Made by a program: the position numbers and the translations under genes
The notes under the pieces: generated by a model
Told to the model about the DNA's origin: nothing
The model's database searches: none
What the model saw: the letters and a program-made list of their open reading frames with translations, nothing else
Shown here: positions 1 through 10,339 of the stretch, piece after piece
Layout of the letters: each line of letters starts with the position of its first letter
Numbering within the stretch: position 1 is the first letter of the stretch
Origin: an uncultured virus (IMG/VR IMGVR_UViG_3300014819_001231)
Taxonomy: Duplodnaviria > Heunggongvirae > Uroviricota > Caudoviricetes
Length of the DNA stretch: 64,000 bases
IMG/VR virus record: IMGVR_UViG_3300014819_001231
Strand: one strand, 5' to 3'

Positions 1-1659
1 AAATCCAGATACAAAAAGTTGCGATAAAGCACCAACCGATGTAATACCTGAATAGGTACCTGATATTCTTGAGCTAGGAACCGTGCCAGTAACAAGATTG
101 GATGCATTTAAATTGGTAATATTAGTTCCAGGTCCAAAAAAACCCAGAGAAGTAACAAATCCAGATACATAAGTGTCTCCCTGAACAGTTAGAGTATAAG
201 GTGCATTGCTTGTTCCGATTCCGAGATTAGTTCCTGTAAACCATAAATTATTTGATCCCGTGATATATTTTGTACTTGCGCCAAAGGCCACTTGATTTGC
301 TAAGATTGTCCCTAAAAATGTAGATGTCCAAGCAATTCCATTTCCAGTAGAAGAAATTACAGAGCCAGCTAATCCAATGTTGTTGCTAGAATCATACAAA
401 CCTCCTGTGATTCTTGTATTTCCTTGAATGTGTAAGATTTGAGTGGGAAAGGCTGTGCCCACTCCCACAGATCCCACTCCTGTAACAACAACATAATTAA
501 CTCCTGAAGTGGTTGCATCTATTTGAAGCAAATTGGCGGTTTGAGAGGCTACACCAGCTATATACAATCCTTTATTTCCAGGAGCTAGTGTTTCTATATG
601 TAATCTAGAAAGTGGTGTATAAGTGCCAATTCCAAGATCTGTCTTGGTGCTATTTGTGTTACCACCCCATGATCCAAGGTTTGATGCTGTAGGAGCTACT
701 CCATACCCAATAGCAATTTGGTATGATCCATCTGGTGCTATCTGAGCGCCACTTCCGATTATGACACTATTACTTGCCGAACCTATATTCTGTCCTGCTT
801 GATGGCCAATAGCTACTGTATTTGAGCCAGTAAAATAAGTGCTACTTGAGCCTCGCAAAGAAAAATTTCCCACTGCAATAGAATTTGAAGAATTTGAAAA
901 CTGACCAGCATTTACGCCTAAAGCTATACTGTTGGAAGAATTTGTTGAATTTAATAGTGCTTGATAGCCTATAGCAATTGCATTTAAAGAAGAAGTATTA
1001 TTAAACAGTGCTTTATAGCCTAATGCTAAATTAGTGGGATAAAAAGCACTACCAAGGCCAACAGTGATAGTGTTTATAGTAGCATCAGTTAACGCTACTA
1101 TATTATTTATAGGCAAATTAATATTTATAGTAGAACCGTCGTCAGTAATATATGATGTTCCAATAGATGTGGGCGATATAAATCTAGCTACGTAATTTGT
1201 TGTGCCAGATCCGGTTAAAATCCCCACTGAAGAGGGATTGGTCCAAGCAATTCCAGAAGATGAGGATGAAAGAATTTGTTGAGCCAATCCATAGGAGTTA
1301 TTATAGTCATATAATTTTCCATTTACTTTGAGGGTATTTGTAATTAATTGGCCAGAAATTGGGTAAATTTTTACAGAAGGCAAAGAAGATATTCCATTAA
1401 AACCCCCAACATAATCTGAATATGGTCCTACAAAATATTGCTGATTTCCTACGGTGCCCATACCGCCAAATTGCAAAACAGGCTCATTTAAATCTACCCA
1501 ATTATAAATTGTGCTTCTAAGATCATTTGCACTTCTTGTAAACACAAATGTTCCTACTCCTGACTCGTACCACTTTAAGTCTATTTGAGAAACAGCAGTG
1601 CTCAAAGCGCTAAATGCACCTGGAGTAATTAATATGTTTTTGTTTGTATTAATTGCCAT
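1..1659 (-). CDS. Tail fibre / adhesin protein, partial (3' end runs off the window)
   Basis: Not in the ORF track. ATG at 1659 (TAATG overlap with the upstream stop) opens a frame I read as MAINTNKNILITPG... to position 1. It has YadA-head-like repeats (NLALGYKAL, NAIAIGYQAL, NSIALGVNAG, NTVAIGHQAG), GIGTxxP fibre repeats and NLNASNLVTGTVPSSRI. Confidence 0.8.
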   Translation of the reverse strand, partial: MAINTNKNILITPGAFSALSTAVSQIDLKWYESGVGTFVFTRSANDLRSTIYNWVDLNEPVLQFGGMGTVGNQQYFVGPYSDYVGGFNGISSLPSVKIYPISGQLITNTLKVNGKLYDYNNSYGLAQQILSSSSSGIAWTNPSSVGILTGSGTTNYVARFISPTSIGTSYITDDGSTININLPINNIVALTDATINTITVGLGSAFYPTNLALGYKALFNNTSSLNAIAIGYQALLNSTNSSNSIALGVNAGQFSNSSNSIAVGNFSLRGSSSTYFTGSNTVAIGHQAGQNIGSASNSVIIGSGAQIAPDGSYQIAIGYGVAPTASNLGSWGGNTNSTKTDLGIGTYTPLSRLHIETLAPGNKGLYIAGVASQTANLLQIDATTSGVNYVVVTGVGSVGVGTAFPTQILHIQGNTRITGGLYDSSNNIGLAGSVISSTGNGIAWTSTFLGTILANQVAFGASTKYITGSNNLWFTGTNLGIGTSNAPYTLTVQGDTYVSGFVTSLGFFGPGTNITNLNASNLVTGTVPSSRISGTYSGITSVGALSQLFVSGF

Positions 1660-2012
1660 TAAAATATTCCATCATCTACTACTTTGATATCGCCAGATAC
1701 TGATAAATTAATTCCGTTTGTTTGATCGTTCACTTGAAATTTATATTTATAGTCACCCACTTTACTCAAAATATAATTAACATAATATACCCCTACAGAT
1801 CCTTGTAATACTGGGTTATTTATTACGCTTCCTATCCCACCGGCATATGTATTAAAACCTACGTTTGGATCATTTGATAAAATTAAATTGTCAGGAGTTT
1901 TTATATAATACCTGATAGAATTTGTAGTGGATAAACCTACTGGATTATTATTGAAATCCAGTACTTCAAAAGAAATTTTTGAGTTCGTGTTTCTATAAAA
2001 TAAGTTTGCCAC
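1659..2012 (-). CDS. Small beta-rich (Ig/BppU-like) virion-associated protein
   Basis: 117 aa ORF with GTG start. GVYYVNY...GDYKYKF pattern is typical of small Ig-like phage proteins; located among fibre genes. Confidence 0.5.
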   Translation of the reverse strand: MANLFYRNTNSKISFEVLDFNNNPVGLSTTNSIRYYIKTPDNLILSNDPNVGFNTYAGGIGSVINNPVLQGSVGVYYVNYILSKVGDYKYKFQVNDQTNGINLSVSGDIKVVDDGIF

Positions 2013-2049
2013 ATAAAAAAATTAAGTTTTAAATGCTCTTTAACCTTTT

Positions 2050-2277
2050 TTAGGAATAAGGTTTAGAATCTGTTTTGATTGTTATATTTTTTTCCACTTT
2101 GGTTCTTATTGTGTAATTTTGGATTGGGTTGTTTGGATTAATTATTAACGCATGGCCAGTGGAAAGCTCCACCACGGCTTGCACTTTAGTTCTTCCATGT
2201 GTTCTTAGGTATACTATTAAAAAATTGGGATAAATATCCGAAAAAGTGGAATCCGAAAAAGTCATTTCGCCAAACAT
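2050..2277 (-). CDS. Small phage protein with MFG-x-x-x-FS-x-x-x-FS N-terminus
   Basis: MFGEMTFSDSTFSD start resembles a recurrent N-terminus of phage tail-associated proteins. Coupled to the upstream gene by TAATG. Confidence 0.5.
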   Translation of the reverse strand: MFGEMTFSDSTFSDIYPNFLIVYLRTHGRTKVQAVVELSTGHALIINPNNPIQNYTIRTKVEKNITIKTDSKPYS

Positions 2278-3137
2278 TATTCCTCCAGTTTGAACTCCAC
2301 ATCTTTTCTTTGAGCAACAATATAATAATCAATCGTAATTTTTTTAAATAGATTTGGTAGCAAAGCAGTTAATATAATTGTATCTGAAAATTTTGTAATT
2401 TTTATAGGAATGAATGTGTTTGAAGAAACATGAGTGGTGAATTCTGAAGTTAATGCAATAAAATATTCTGGCAAATTAACCTTGCAAGATCTTTTGTACT
2501 TTTCTATTTCAACAGTTCCTCTTAAATATATGGCATGTTCTGGGCCTTCTAAGCAACCATGTATCAACCAACAATTTTTTGTAGGATGTGGAATTTTAAA
2601 TGATTTAGCTGTGGCTTGAATCACTCCATTGATATAAAGTTCTGGCAATCCATTCGGGTAGTATTGAAAATTTGGATCTGCTTGAAAGCCGCCTGTAGAT
2701 GAATTATAAGTGACAACAGAAGAATTTATAGAAGTGCCTAATGCGGGGGCATTAAATACTGGATCAATGAGATTGTATTGATTTCCGCTCAATTGAATTA
2801 GTTTAATTGTGTTTGCGGTAGGCTGAGCGGAGGTAAGCACAGAAAGTTCTGAAGCATTGGTAATCACAACATCTGCTGGGGAACCATCAAAATTAACAAG
2901 GCTAGTATTAGAATTAGAATTTGATAATATTGAATTTCTATATAGCACATCCGAGGAGTAAGTGCCAATTCCCACTTCAAATTGCGAAGCATTTACGATC
3001 AAATAAGGGAATGAATTCGCGCCTAAATTGGCTTGTGAAAAAGTTATATAACTTATAACAGCGGCGCCTAACGACACGCTACCTGTGCCTGATGGAGCTG
3101 CTTTCTGTCTTACCCTGTCTCTGTAAATGAGTGCCAT
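2277..3137 (-). CDS. Tail-fibre-associated protein with KSFxIxHP...LxHxCLEGPE C-terminal domain
   Basis: N-terminus MALIYRDRVRQ...GTGSVSL...FEVGIGTY is a common phage tail-protein start. C-terminal KSFKIPHPTK...LIHGCLEGPEHAIYLRG is a common fibre-terminal domain. ATG at 3137 preferred over TTG at 3140. Confidence 0.7.
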   Translation of the reverse strand: MALIYRDRVRQKAAPSGTGSVSLGAAVISYITFSQANLGANSFPYLIVNASQFEVGIGTYSSDVLYRNSILSNSNSNTSLVNFDGSPADVVITNASELSVLTSAQPTANTIKLIQLSGNQYNLIDPVFNAPALGTSINSSVVTYNSSTGGFQADPNFQYYPNGLPELYINGVIQATAKSFKIPHPTKNCWLIHGCLEGPEHAIYLRGTVEIEKYKRSCKVNLPEYFIALTSEFTTHVSSNTFIPIKITKFSDTIILTALLPNLFKKITIDYYIVAQRKDVEFKLEE

Positions 3138-3184
3138 CAACTATATCTTCTTGATATATTGTCGTATTAACTACTGATGTCGCA

Positions 3185-4027
3185 TTAATTTATTTGAAAA
3201 TAATCAGATAAAAATTTCAAAATATAATAGTTTAAGGAAGATTTATTATTTTGAAACCATGTGTTAAAATCTGGGGTCCAAGTAATATTATTGATCCAAT
3301 TATACACATTTCCGTAGGTGCTTTCATAAATGTTTCTTTCTATATTTGTGTTTACAAATAGTTGATTATTAAGAAAAGAATTATTTGCAAGCAAAGAATA
3401 ATATTGCCCATATCCATTGTTAATTCTGTAGCTTACAATTCTGTAACTATAATTAGATGAAGGCAAAACGTTCCAATTTGTTGATATTCCTGTAATTATC
3501 ACATTATCAAAGTCAATAAATATCAACATAGATGATGTAGAGTCGGCTAAATATAAATCGTCAAATTTTCTTGTAATTTGATCATCGATTTCATAAGAAT
3601 TGTTGTAAGGAATGCCATTAGTGATAATGCTAGAGGCAATACCGGTCAATATGCTACCATTTTGTTTAAGGTATATTGTTAGGGGTAATGTAGAGGCATT
3701 ATAAATTACGGTTCCTATTCCATTAAGTGGAAGATCTTGTAAAGTCCATTGATTATTATTGGAGATAGAAAAATAAGATTGTGTATTATAGTTTTGTGGA
3801 TAAACATTATAGGTAGATTGATATGTGAATATACCGGGCTGAATTTTGATATTATTCATATCAAATGGCTGATAGATTTCAAAACCAAAATTTATACTGA
3901 ATCCAGTGTTGAATCCATAGTTAAGATATGTATTTTTATTTTCTTGCTGTATTGTTAATGTAGCAATGTATTTATAATACATTTCACAAATTGGTCCAAG
4001 TAATGAAGTAAAAATAGTAGTGGTCAT
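3185..4027 (-). CDS. Hypothetical virion protein
   Basis: 280 aa N/Y/I-rich ORF with ATGA coupling to the upstream gene. Confidence 0.55.
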   Translation of the reverse strand: MTTTIFTSLLGPICEMYYKYIATLTIQQENKNTYLNYGFNTGFSINFGFEIYQPFDMNNIKIQPGIFTYQSTYNVYPQNYNTQSYFSISNNNQWTLQDLPLNGIGTVIYNASTLPLTIYLKQNGSILTGIASSIITNGIPYNNSYEIDDQITRKFDDLYLADSTSSMLIFIDFDNVIITGISTNWNVLPSSNYSYRIVSYRINNGYGQYYSLLANNSFLNNQLFVNTNIERNIYESTYGNVYNWINNITWTPDFNTWFQNNKSSLNYYILKFLSDYFQIN

Positions 4028-7000
4028 GATGATCTAATCACAAAAGAGTCTCCTGGAGGAAATCCATAATTAATTGAATCAGATTCCGATAATGTCTTAG
4101 AAATATTCATAAAACTTATATTATCTATCGGATTCCCTGAGTTTAATTGATACGGGGTGTTTTGGGTAGAGTTTGTTGAAGAATATGAATTTATTAAAGT
4201 ATTAATCCCGACAACATTCCAATAAACCTGGAGATAAGCTGTTGAAAAAGTAAAATACAAAATCTTAAAGTTTACACTATTTTGTCTCACTGCAGTGGAC
4301 AAACTTGTGGTAACATACGTGGAATAACCCAAAACTGTTGAAAAAGTATCTATAATTGGCTGAGGAGAATTATTTATATAAACCTGAACACCAGAGTTTG
4401 TTCCGTACCCCACTGTGATTGGCACTGACATGCTCAAGTTTCCTTGTGGTTCAAAAATTCCTTGGAATATTGCCACTTTGTATCCAGTGTTATTTGCTAT
4501 ATTTGTATTAGCTGAACCAAGATAATAATTTATAGAATCATTGTAAGATTGTTGGATTACATTATATATATTAAAATTCTTATAAGTGCCTGAATCTCTT
4601 GACATCCATGTTGTTTTCCACTGCGGGCTTGCTGGCAAATATACACGTTCAAGATTAAAAGTGCCACCTGAATTATAGCCAATGTTTAAATAAATATCGT
4701 GGGTGTAGCCTACATATTTATAAACAGGACTAGAAGTACCAATAATAGATGAATTAGAATAAAAAGCTCTCGGATAAACGGCCAACGAAGAAGAGATATT
4801 TGTGGGGCTAAAAGCCCAATATCCGTCCACCACATTTTGCGGATTTGATTGTCTGAGTGTATTTGGTTTAGCCAAACCAAATTGCGAAGCATTCGTAAAA
4901 TTGAACGCGGCATAAATGTTTTTTGGCACATAAGTGAATATTTTATTAAAAACAAAATTAAAATTATAATAATTGTTACTTACAGAAATTAAACTCGATG
5001 TAGCAAAGCCCACTTGAGAGACATCATATGAGTTTAAGGTTCTAGATAGATACATTTTGTTTGAACCCAAAGGTAAGCTGAATATTAAATTAGCATTTCC
5101 TAAAATAGTAGATGCTTGAATGTTGGTTCCAATATTCCCAAACACAAAATTTATCGGAGCAAACATTGTGCCAATTGAAATAACACTTACGGGATTGCTG
5201 TATATAGTATCATTCGTATATTGATAAGAAGTGGAAATTGCGAGTGTAACTTGTTGTACTGTTCCTATTCCAGAATAATTAGAATCTCTTCTTAAATACA
5301 CATTTAAATTGTTGGTGGTGTTTTGTACTATATTTGTGCCTATTATCCCACTTATTGTTAAAGGAAATTTACCCAAATCTAAATCAGTGCCATTTGTAGA
5401 AAACCCACCGGCAATGTTGTAAGTGTTAATGTCGTTGTATATGTTTGAAGATGAAATAGAATAATTAGATGTATTGATTCCCTGATATGATCCCACCAAT
5501 GAAAGAAAACAATTTTGTAAATTATTTTGAATCGAAACATAATATATGGAATTTAATGTGGAGTTGTCAAAAACAAATTGCTGATTACCAGTAAATGTAT
5601 ATGATATTGGCACATTCACTGTTGTGTAGTTTGAATTACTAAATTCCGTGACATTTACAGGATTTGATGAAGCGAGTAAATTAAGAGTATAGCCTGAATT
5701 TCCATTTGTAAAAGGGCTAATTGCGTAAATATTTACTTTTATATTGCCGGCTGGGTTATAATTGTTAATTAATATTAATTTTGAATTCAAACTTATATAA
5801 CTAATGCTTATAGAATTATTTGCACTTTGAGGAATTACAAGAGTATTAAATATTTCAGTTTCTGTTAAAGCATATGTGGCAGAGCCAGAAGTGTAATTAA
5901 TATTGTTTAGATTATTTCCCGAAGTGTTTTGAAAATTTGTAAATGATTCAAGAGTGCCTACAGTTTGACCAGTATTAGAAATTAAAAATGAATCTACTGT
6001 AGGATAATTATTTATTAAAATATAAACATTTGCGTTTGAAGTATAGCCCAGCCCAACAAAAGTTTTTGTATTTAATACAAAGCCTTGTTCATATCCAATA
6101 TTTGGTGGTGTTGTTTGAGTAAAAGATATCAGGTTAAATCCAGAATCTAAATTTGCATTAAATCTAGCTAAATTATCCATATTGATGCGCACTGATGGAT
6201 AAGAAGTGCCAATATTCGTGGTAAAACCTGGCTGTGTAAGAACTAAATCAAAATCAAAATAAAAACTTCCACCGGGATTGTTAATAACAATTGAATTTGG
6301 ATCGATATAGCCTTGGTTTAAAATATTATATGTAATCTGTCCAGCTTGCTCATTTGAAATAGCGTTTGCTGGTGGTAAAACAAAACTTTGATATGTGCCA
6401 GGTTGCAAACCGCTTCCAAAATCATTCAAGGACACGGATGAAATTACGCAATTGTAACCCACTGCTATATTTGTAATAAAGAATCCTGGAGTAAGTGTAC
6501 CAGTAGTTATTGATCCTGAATTAATTTGAGATATCAATTGAGTAAATCCAGTATTTGTGTTTGAATCTGCAATTTGATATCCTCCAGATAGATTATTGTA
6601 AAATTCATCATTCCAATATTTTGGTATTCCTAAGGCATAATTAGTCATACAAAGCGAAATATTTTGTAAACTTGCCCATTGATTGCTAAAAGAATTAAGA
6701 TTTATGGTGTAGAAGGTATTGCCTTCGTCTAAATATTTCTGCACAGCATCATTAATGTCATTGGGGTTTGTAATCCCTTGGCTCATTAATAATTGAACAT
6801 ACTGCTCGTAGGTATACTTGGTAGAATCCACGGGCGAAAATACACGAGTTAAAATTGGTCTTATAGTGCCGTCTTTAAGATCTGGTATATATCCTGAATA
6901 ACCATAGAGCCTAAATTCATCGATGCTACCTACAGAATAGGAATTGTAATCTTTAGAATCTGGATCAGCTAAATAATAATAACCTACCACGCTTTGGTTA

Positions 7001-8820
7001 TTATTGATTCTATTGTTGTAATCAGACTCAGATAGAAGATACTTAGAAGCCATTAAATACAATGTTTTACTTAATGTATTTTGGTTATTATATCCGAAAG
7101 TAAGATTGAGAGTGTAGTCATATGCTAATCCTGTACCTTGATTATATGGGTCAATTCCATTGCATACATAACTAATTGGCTTAAATATTTCAAAACTATA
7201 ATCTAATGGAAGATTATAGTCATTATTAAAGGTAAGCAAGCCTTCTGTGAATTTTAAAAATTCTTTACTTGAGACGATATTAGTTCCGCTATACAAAGAG
7301 TATTCTTCATATTTTGTGAGATTAAGTGGATCTGTTCGATTGTAACCATATGGTTGAGTGAATGATTTTAATACTGATTGTGTTATAGCAAGTTGAGGGG
7401 GCACAAAATAACTTTCCACGGAAGAAAAATTAGCATCAAAAAAGAAATCAGCAATAAAGTTGTCTAAGGTTGATAAATAATTTTTTTGCAGTTCCAAGAC
7501 ACCTACAGCACGGCCCTTTGCATAAGTCATGCTTGAATAAAAATTATTGAATAAATTCACATCTTGAATGGGTTTTGTAAACGCCGAAGGAATTTGTTGA
7601 ACATAATTTAATAAAGAATATCCATTTGAATATCCTAAATTATTTTTCTTTGGATTTTTAATGAAAACTAAATTTGAAAATGGCGCTTGATTTTGATAAT
7701 AATCTTGCAAGCTTATAAGATTGTAATTCTGATATGAATTGGAGGAATAACTAAGATAAATATTTGTATTTGCGTTAGCTGTGCTTGGATCGCCGAACCC
7801 ACTGGTGGTGAAATTACTATACATAGAAGCATATTTGCCAATTGAAGTGTTTAACACCGAACTTAAATTAGTCTTATTTACCACCAAATACCTTAAAGGT
7901 TGTGTATAGGTAGTCTCTATACCATCTAATAAAGTGGCATTGATTCTCTGAGGAGCCCACAAATAAGGATTTGTATCAATAAAAGCTTTACTACTAAAAG
8001 CTATTCCGGTAGGCACTGTGTTGGACCAAAAATTCTGTCTGCCTGAAAAATTTGACAATGATATAGAATTTGTGTTTATAGTGTTTATCCCAATTTTATT
8101 TATAAATCCTGCAGTGCCCACATAAGTTATTCCAGTGGATATTGAATAATTTGTCGAAATAAAATTACTTGAATTATTTCCCCAATAAAATACAATGTAA
8201 TAATTAGAATATTGTGATGTGCTAAAATTAAGAGAAACAAGAAGATTGTTATTGGCGGTAGCTGAAGACCAGGCATAATCAAAATTTATTAAATTTGATC
8301 CTGTATATGCGCCATTAAATTTATTTAATCCAAAAACAGCAAAATCTGTGGGCATATCATTCAAATATGATCTGAAGAAAGATCCATCTAAATTAAAATT
8401 ATAAGGAATTGATATTACAGAAGAAGTGGCTATTCCTACTGAGGGAAAACTATAAATTTGGCCAGAGAGGAAAGATGAAGATAATGATGCATTATACGCA
8501 AACAGCGATGTGGATATGTGAGTGCTAACTCTGAATGCTGGATTAGCATAAGTATTTGCAAATCCAAGAACGGTATTTTGTAAACTTTGCTGAAGGACTT
8601 CGGTATTATCTGAAACCACTTGATTTGATTTATAGCCCCAGATGCTTCCCAGGTCATAGTTTTCGGTTATAGTATTTCCAATAATTTGTTCAGATAATTG
8701 TTGAACATTGGCTACCAATCCAACATTTTTATTTAAATCACCCACAATCTGTTCAATAGCTGAATACCCTATAGCATTAAAATGAACAATATCGTGGAAA
8801 AAATTTTGTTGAGTGGTCAT
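4024..8820 (-). CDS. Large virion structural protein with possible C-terminal PA14-like domain
   Basis: 1598 aa N/S/T-rich ORF. C-terminal IFQGIF...GVQVYIN...IIDTF...FKILYF...LQVYW resembles PA14; it also has a GSG/PGG-type beta repeat. Confidence 0.6.
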   Translation of the reverse strand: MTTQQNFFHDIVHFNAIGYSAIEQIVGDLNKNVGLVANVQQLSEQIIGNTITENYDLGSIWGYKSNQVVSDNTEVLQQSLQNTVLGFANTYANPAFRVSTHISTSLFAYNASLSSSFLSGQIYSFPSVGIATSSVISIPYNFNLDGSFFRSYLNDMPTDFAVFGLNKFNGAYTGSNLINFDYAWSSATANNNLLVSLNFSTSQYSNYYIVFYWGNNSSNFISTNYSISTGITYVGTAGFINKIGINTINTNSISLSNFSGRQNFWSNTVPTGIAFSSKAFIDTNPYLWAPQRINATLLDGIETTYTQPLRYLVVNKTNLSSVLNTSIGKYASMYSNFTTSGFGDPSTANANTNIYLSYSSNSYQNYNLISLQDYYQNQAPFSNLVFIKNPKKNNLGYSNGYSLLNYVQQIPSAFTKPIQDVNLFNNFYSSMTYAKGRAVGVLELQKNYLSTLDNFIADFFFDANFSSVESYFVPPQLAITQSVLKSFTQPYGYNRTDPLNLTKYEEYSLYSGTNIVSSKEFLKFTEGLLTFNNDYNLPLDYSFEIFKPISYVCNGIDPYNQGTGLAYDYTLNLTFGYNNQNTLSKTLYLMASKYLLSESDYNNRINNNQSVVGYYYLADPDSKDYNSYSVGSIDEFRLYGYSGYIPDLKDGTIRPILTRVFSPVDSTKYTYEQYVQLLMSQGITNPNDINDAVQKYLDEGNTFYTINLNSFSNQWASLQNISLCMTNYALGIPKYWNDEFYNNLSGGYQIADSNTNTGFTQLISQINSGSITTGTLTPGFFITNIAVGYNCVISSVSLNDFGSGLQPGTYQSFVLPPANAISNEQAGQITYNILNQGYIDPNSIVINNPGGSFYFDFDLVLTQPGFTTNIGTSYPSVRINMDNLARFNANLDSGFNLISFTQTTPPNIGYEQGFVLNTKTFVGLGYTSNANVYILINNYPTVDSFLISNTGQTVGTLESFTNFQNTSGNNLNNINYTSGSATYALTETEIFNTLVIPQSANNSISISYISLNSKLILINNYNPAGNIKVNIYAISPFTNGNSGYTLNLLASSNPVNVTEFSNSNYTTVNVPISYTFTGNQQFVFDNSTLNSIYYVSIQNNLQNCFLSLVGSYQGINTSNYSISSSNIYNDINTYNIAGGFSTNGTDLDLGKFPLTISGIIGTNIVQNTTNNLNVYLRRDSNYSGIGTVQQVTLAISTSYQYTNDTIYSNPVSVISIGTMFAPINFVFGNIGTNIQASTILGNANLIFSLPLGSNKMYLSRTLNSYDVSQVGFATSSLISVSNNYYNFNFVFNKIFTYVPKNIYAAFNFTNASQFGLAKPNTLRQSNPQNVVDGYWAFSPTNISSSLAVYPRAFYSNSSIIGTSSPVYKYVGYTHDIYLNIGYNSGGTFNLERVYLPASPQWKTTWMSRDSGTYKNFNIYNVIQQSYNDSINYYLGSANTNIANNTGYKVAIFQGIFEPQGNLSMSVPITVGYGTNSGVQVYINNSPQPIIDTFSTVLGYSTYVTTSLSTAVRQNSVNFKILYFTFSTAYLQVYWNVVGINTLINSYSSTNSTQNTPYQLNSGNPIDNISFMNISKTLSESDSINYGFPPGDSFVIRSS

Positions 8821-9851
8821 ATAGCATTTACATTAACATTATTCGGGCCAAATTGGTCTACACTTATTATCTCTTTTGCTTTTAATTTAAATTCGGCGGT
8901 ATGAAGAAATGCCTTTTCCATGCCATCATCTGAAGGTGTGATATTATCCACTTGGATGTCTTGTAATAATCTAACCAGGCTAACATTATTTGACACAATT
9001 GAGTTTAGATTATTTGTCCAAGTAGAAACACTGGTGATACCAGTAGGTTTTATATTTGCGCTCCAATCAGATATAAATTCCGATACGGCATTATAAGCCA
9101 CACCGGACCAATCCAGATATGGTGGCGCAGGAGTAGTATGGGTTTCTGTCCAAAATGCATTTATTTGATTAGAAACATTCGTGGCATAACTGTTCATTAA
9201 AGTGGTAGAATATCCAGCGTGGGTAGAGCCACCAGATAGTGTCAACGAAAGATTCACATATGCATCTGAATATGATGTAGTGTTGATCCCCACACCAGAG
9301 GATAATATTTCAGCCACTGTTGTTTTTCCAGATATTCCATTGCTCAATCTTATGACCGATGTACCTGCTAAGCCTAAATTAGAATCACCATTGATATAAA
9401 CGGTATACGATGGTGAATTTGCAGGTAACACAGCGGTGTTGATTCCCACGTTAGTTATCACTCCATTATCTATATAATGAATTGGATTAAGAGGGAATTT
9501 ATCGCAGAATGGACAAAGATCACAGATATACATTGTTCGATGATTTTTTAAAATGGTGTGAAGAATACGGGCAGATTCTTGAACCACCCTTTCAGATGTT
9601 TCTTTGTCATCACCATCTGAATAAAATGTGATACCGATGGTGTATTCAATTTCCCTTAGGCCATATCCAGCATCTTTTATGCTAGATGTTGTCCCCCGCA
9701 TAATAATACCGAGCGGAGAAGGTATAATCTGACGATCACCAAAAAACCATTCTTGAATTTGTCTATCATAAACGACAGGCTGGCCTGATGAATTCAAAGG
9801 AAATTCATTGTAAATAATTGCTCTTATTGTATCATATATTTTTTCAACCAT
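8817..9851 (-). CDS. Putative tail terminator / tail-completion protein with large insertion
   Basis: WFFGD...IEYTIGITFY...SERVVQESARILHTIL at the N-terminus and LHTAEFKLKAKE at the C-terminus resemble terminator proteins. Lies directly downstream of the gp36-like gene. Confidence 0.5.
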   Translation of the reverse strand: MVEKIYDTIRAIIYNEFPLNSSGQPVVYDRQIQEWFFGDRQIIPSPLGIIMRGTTSSIKDAGYGLREIEYTIGITFYSDGDDKETSERVVQESARILHTILKNHRTMYICDLCPFCDKFPLNPIHYIDNGVITNVGINTAVLPANSPSYTVYINGDSNLGLAGTSVIRLSNGISGKTTVAEILSSGVGINTTSYSDAYVNLSLTLSGGSTHAGYSTTLMNSYATNVSNQINAFWTETHTTPAPPYLDWSGVAYNAVSEFISDWSANIKPTGITSVSTWTNNLNSIVSNNVSLVRLLQDIQVDNITPSDDGMEKAFLHTAEFKLKAKEIISVDQFGPNNVNVNAI

Positions 9852-10339
9852 TATCTACTGCCTGATTTGCCGCCTTCAGAGGGGTTTTTCGGAATGTTTC
9901 GAGCTGTGGAGCGAACATATCTATCTCCGCGAGTGTTCCTTATCCCATAAATTCTCAATTCACCATTTTGTAATCTTGCCATTTGATCATAAGCCCATTT
10001 TGTTCTTTCTTTAATCGCATCTGACATTTGGCGATCAGCCCCCTGTAATTTCTGTTCATAAATTCTTGAAGCAGAAAGAATGGCAACAATTTCAGGAATA
10101 GGCTTTGGATACATTTGTTCTCCATCAAAATTTATTTTCTTCAAAGGAACATCATATTGTGTAGCCATGGAGCCATCCACCTCATCTGAGGCCTGTTGAA
10201 TAAAATAATCAATGTCAATATTAAATACGCTTTCTGGAGTGGGGTTTCTATAAGTAGGTGATGGATTGTCCCCCTCGATTGTTATATTTGGTGGTAAATA
10301 TTTTTTTACATCTTCTTTAGAACAATATAATCTAGCCAT
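9851..10339 (-). CDS. Mu gp36-like (DUF1320) head-tail adaptor
   Basis: YCSKEDV...IQQASDEVDGSMATQYDVPL...IVAILSASRIY...AYDQMARLQNGEL matches the gp36/DUF1320 pattern. Confidence 0.75.
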   Translation of the reverse strand: MARLYCSKEDVKKYLPPNITIEGDNPSPTYRNPTPESVFNIDIDYFIQQASDEVDGSMATQYDVPLKKINFDGEQMYPKPIPEIVAILSASRIYEQKLQGADRQMSDAIKERTKWAYDQMARLQNGELRIYGIRNTRGDRYVRSTARNIPKNPSEGGKSGSR

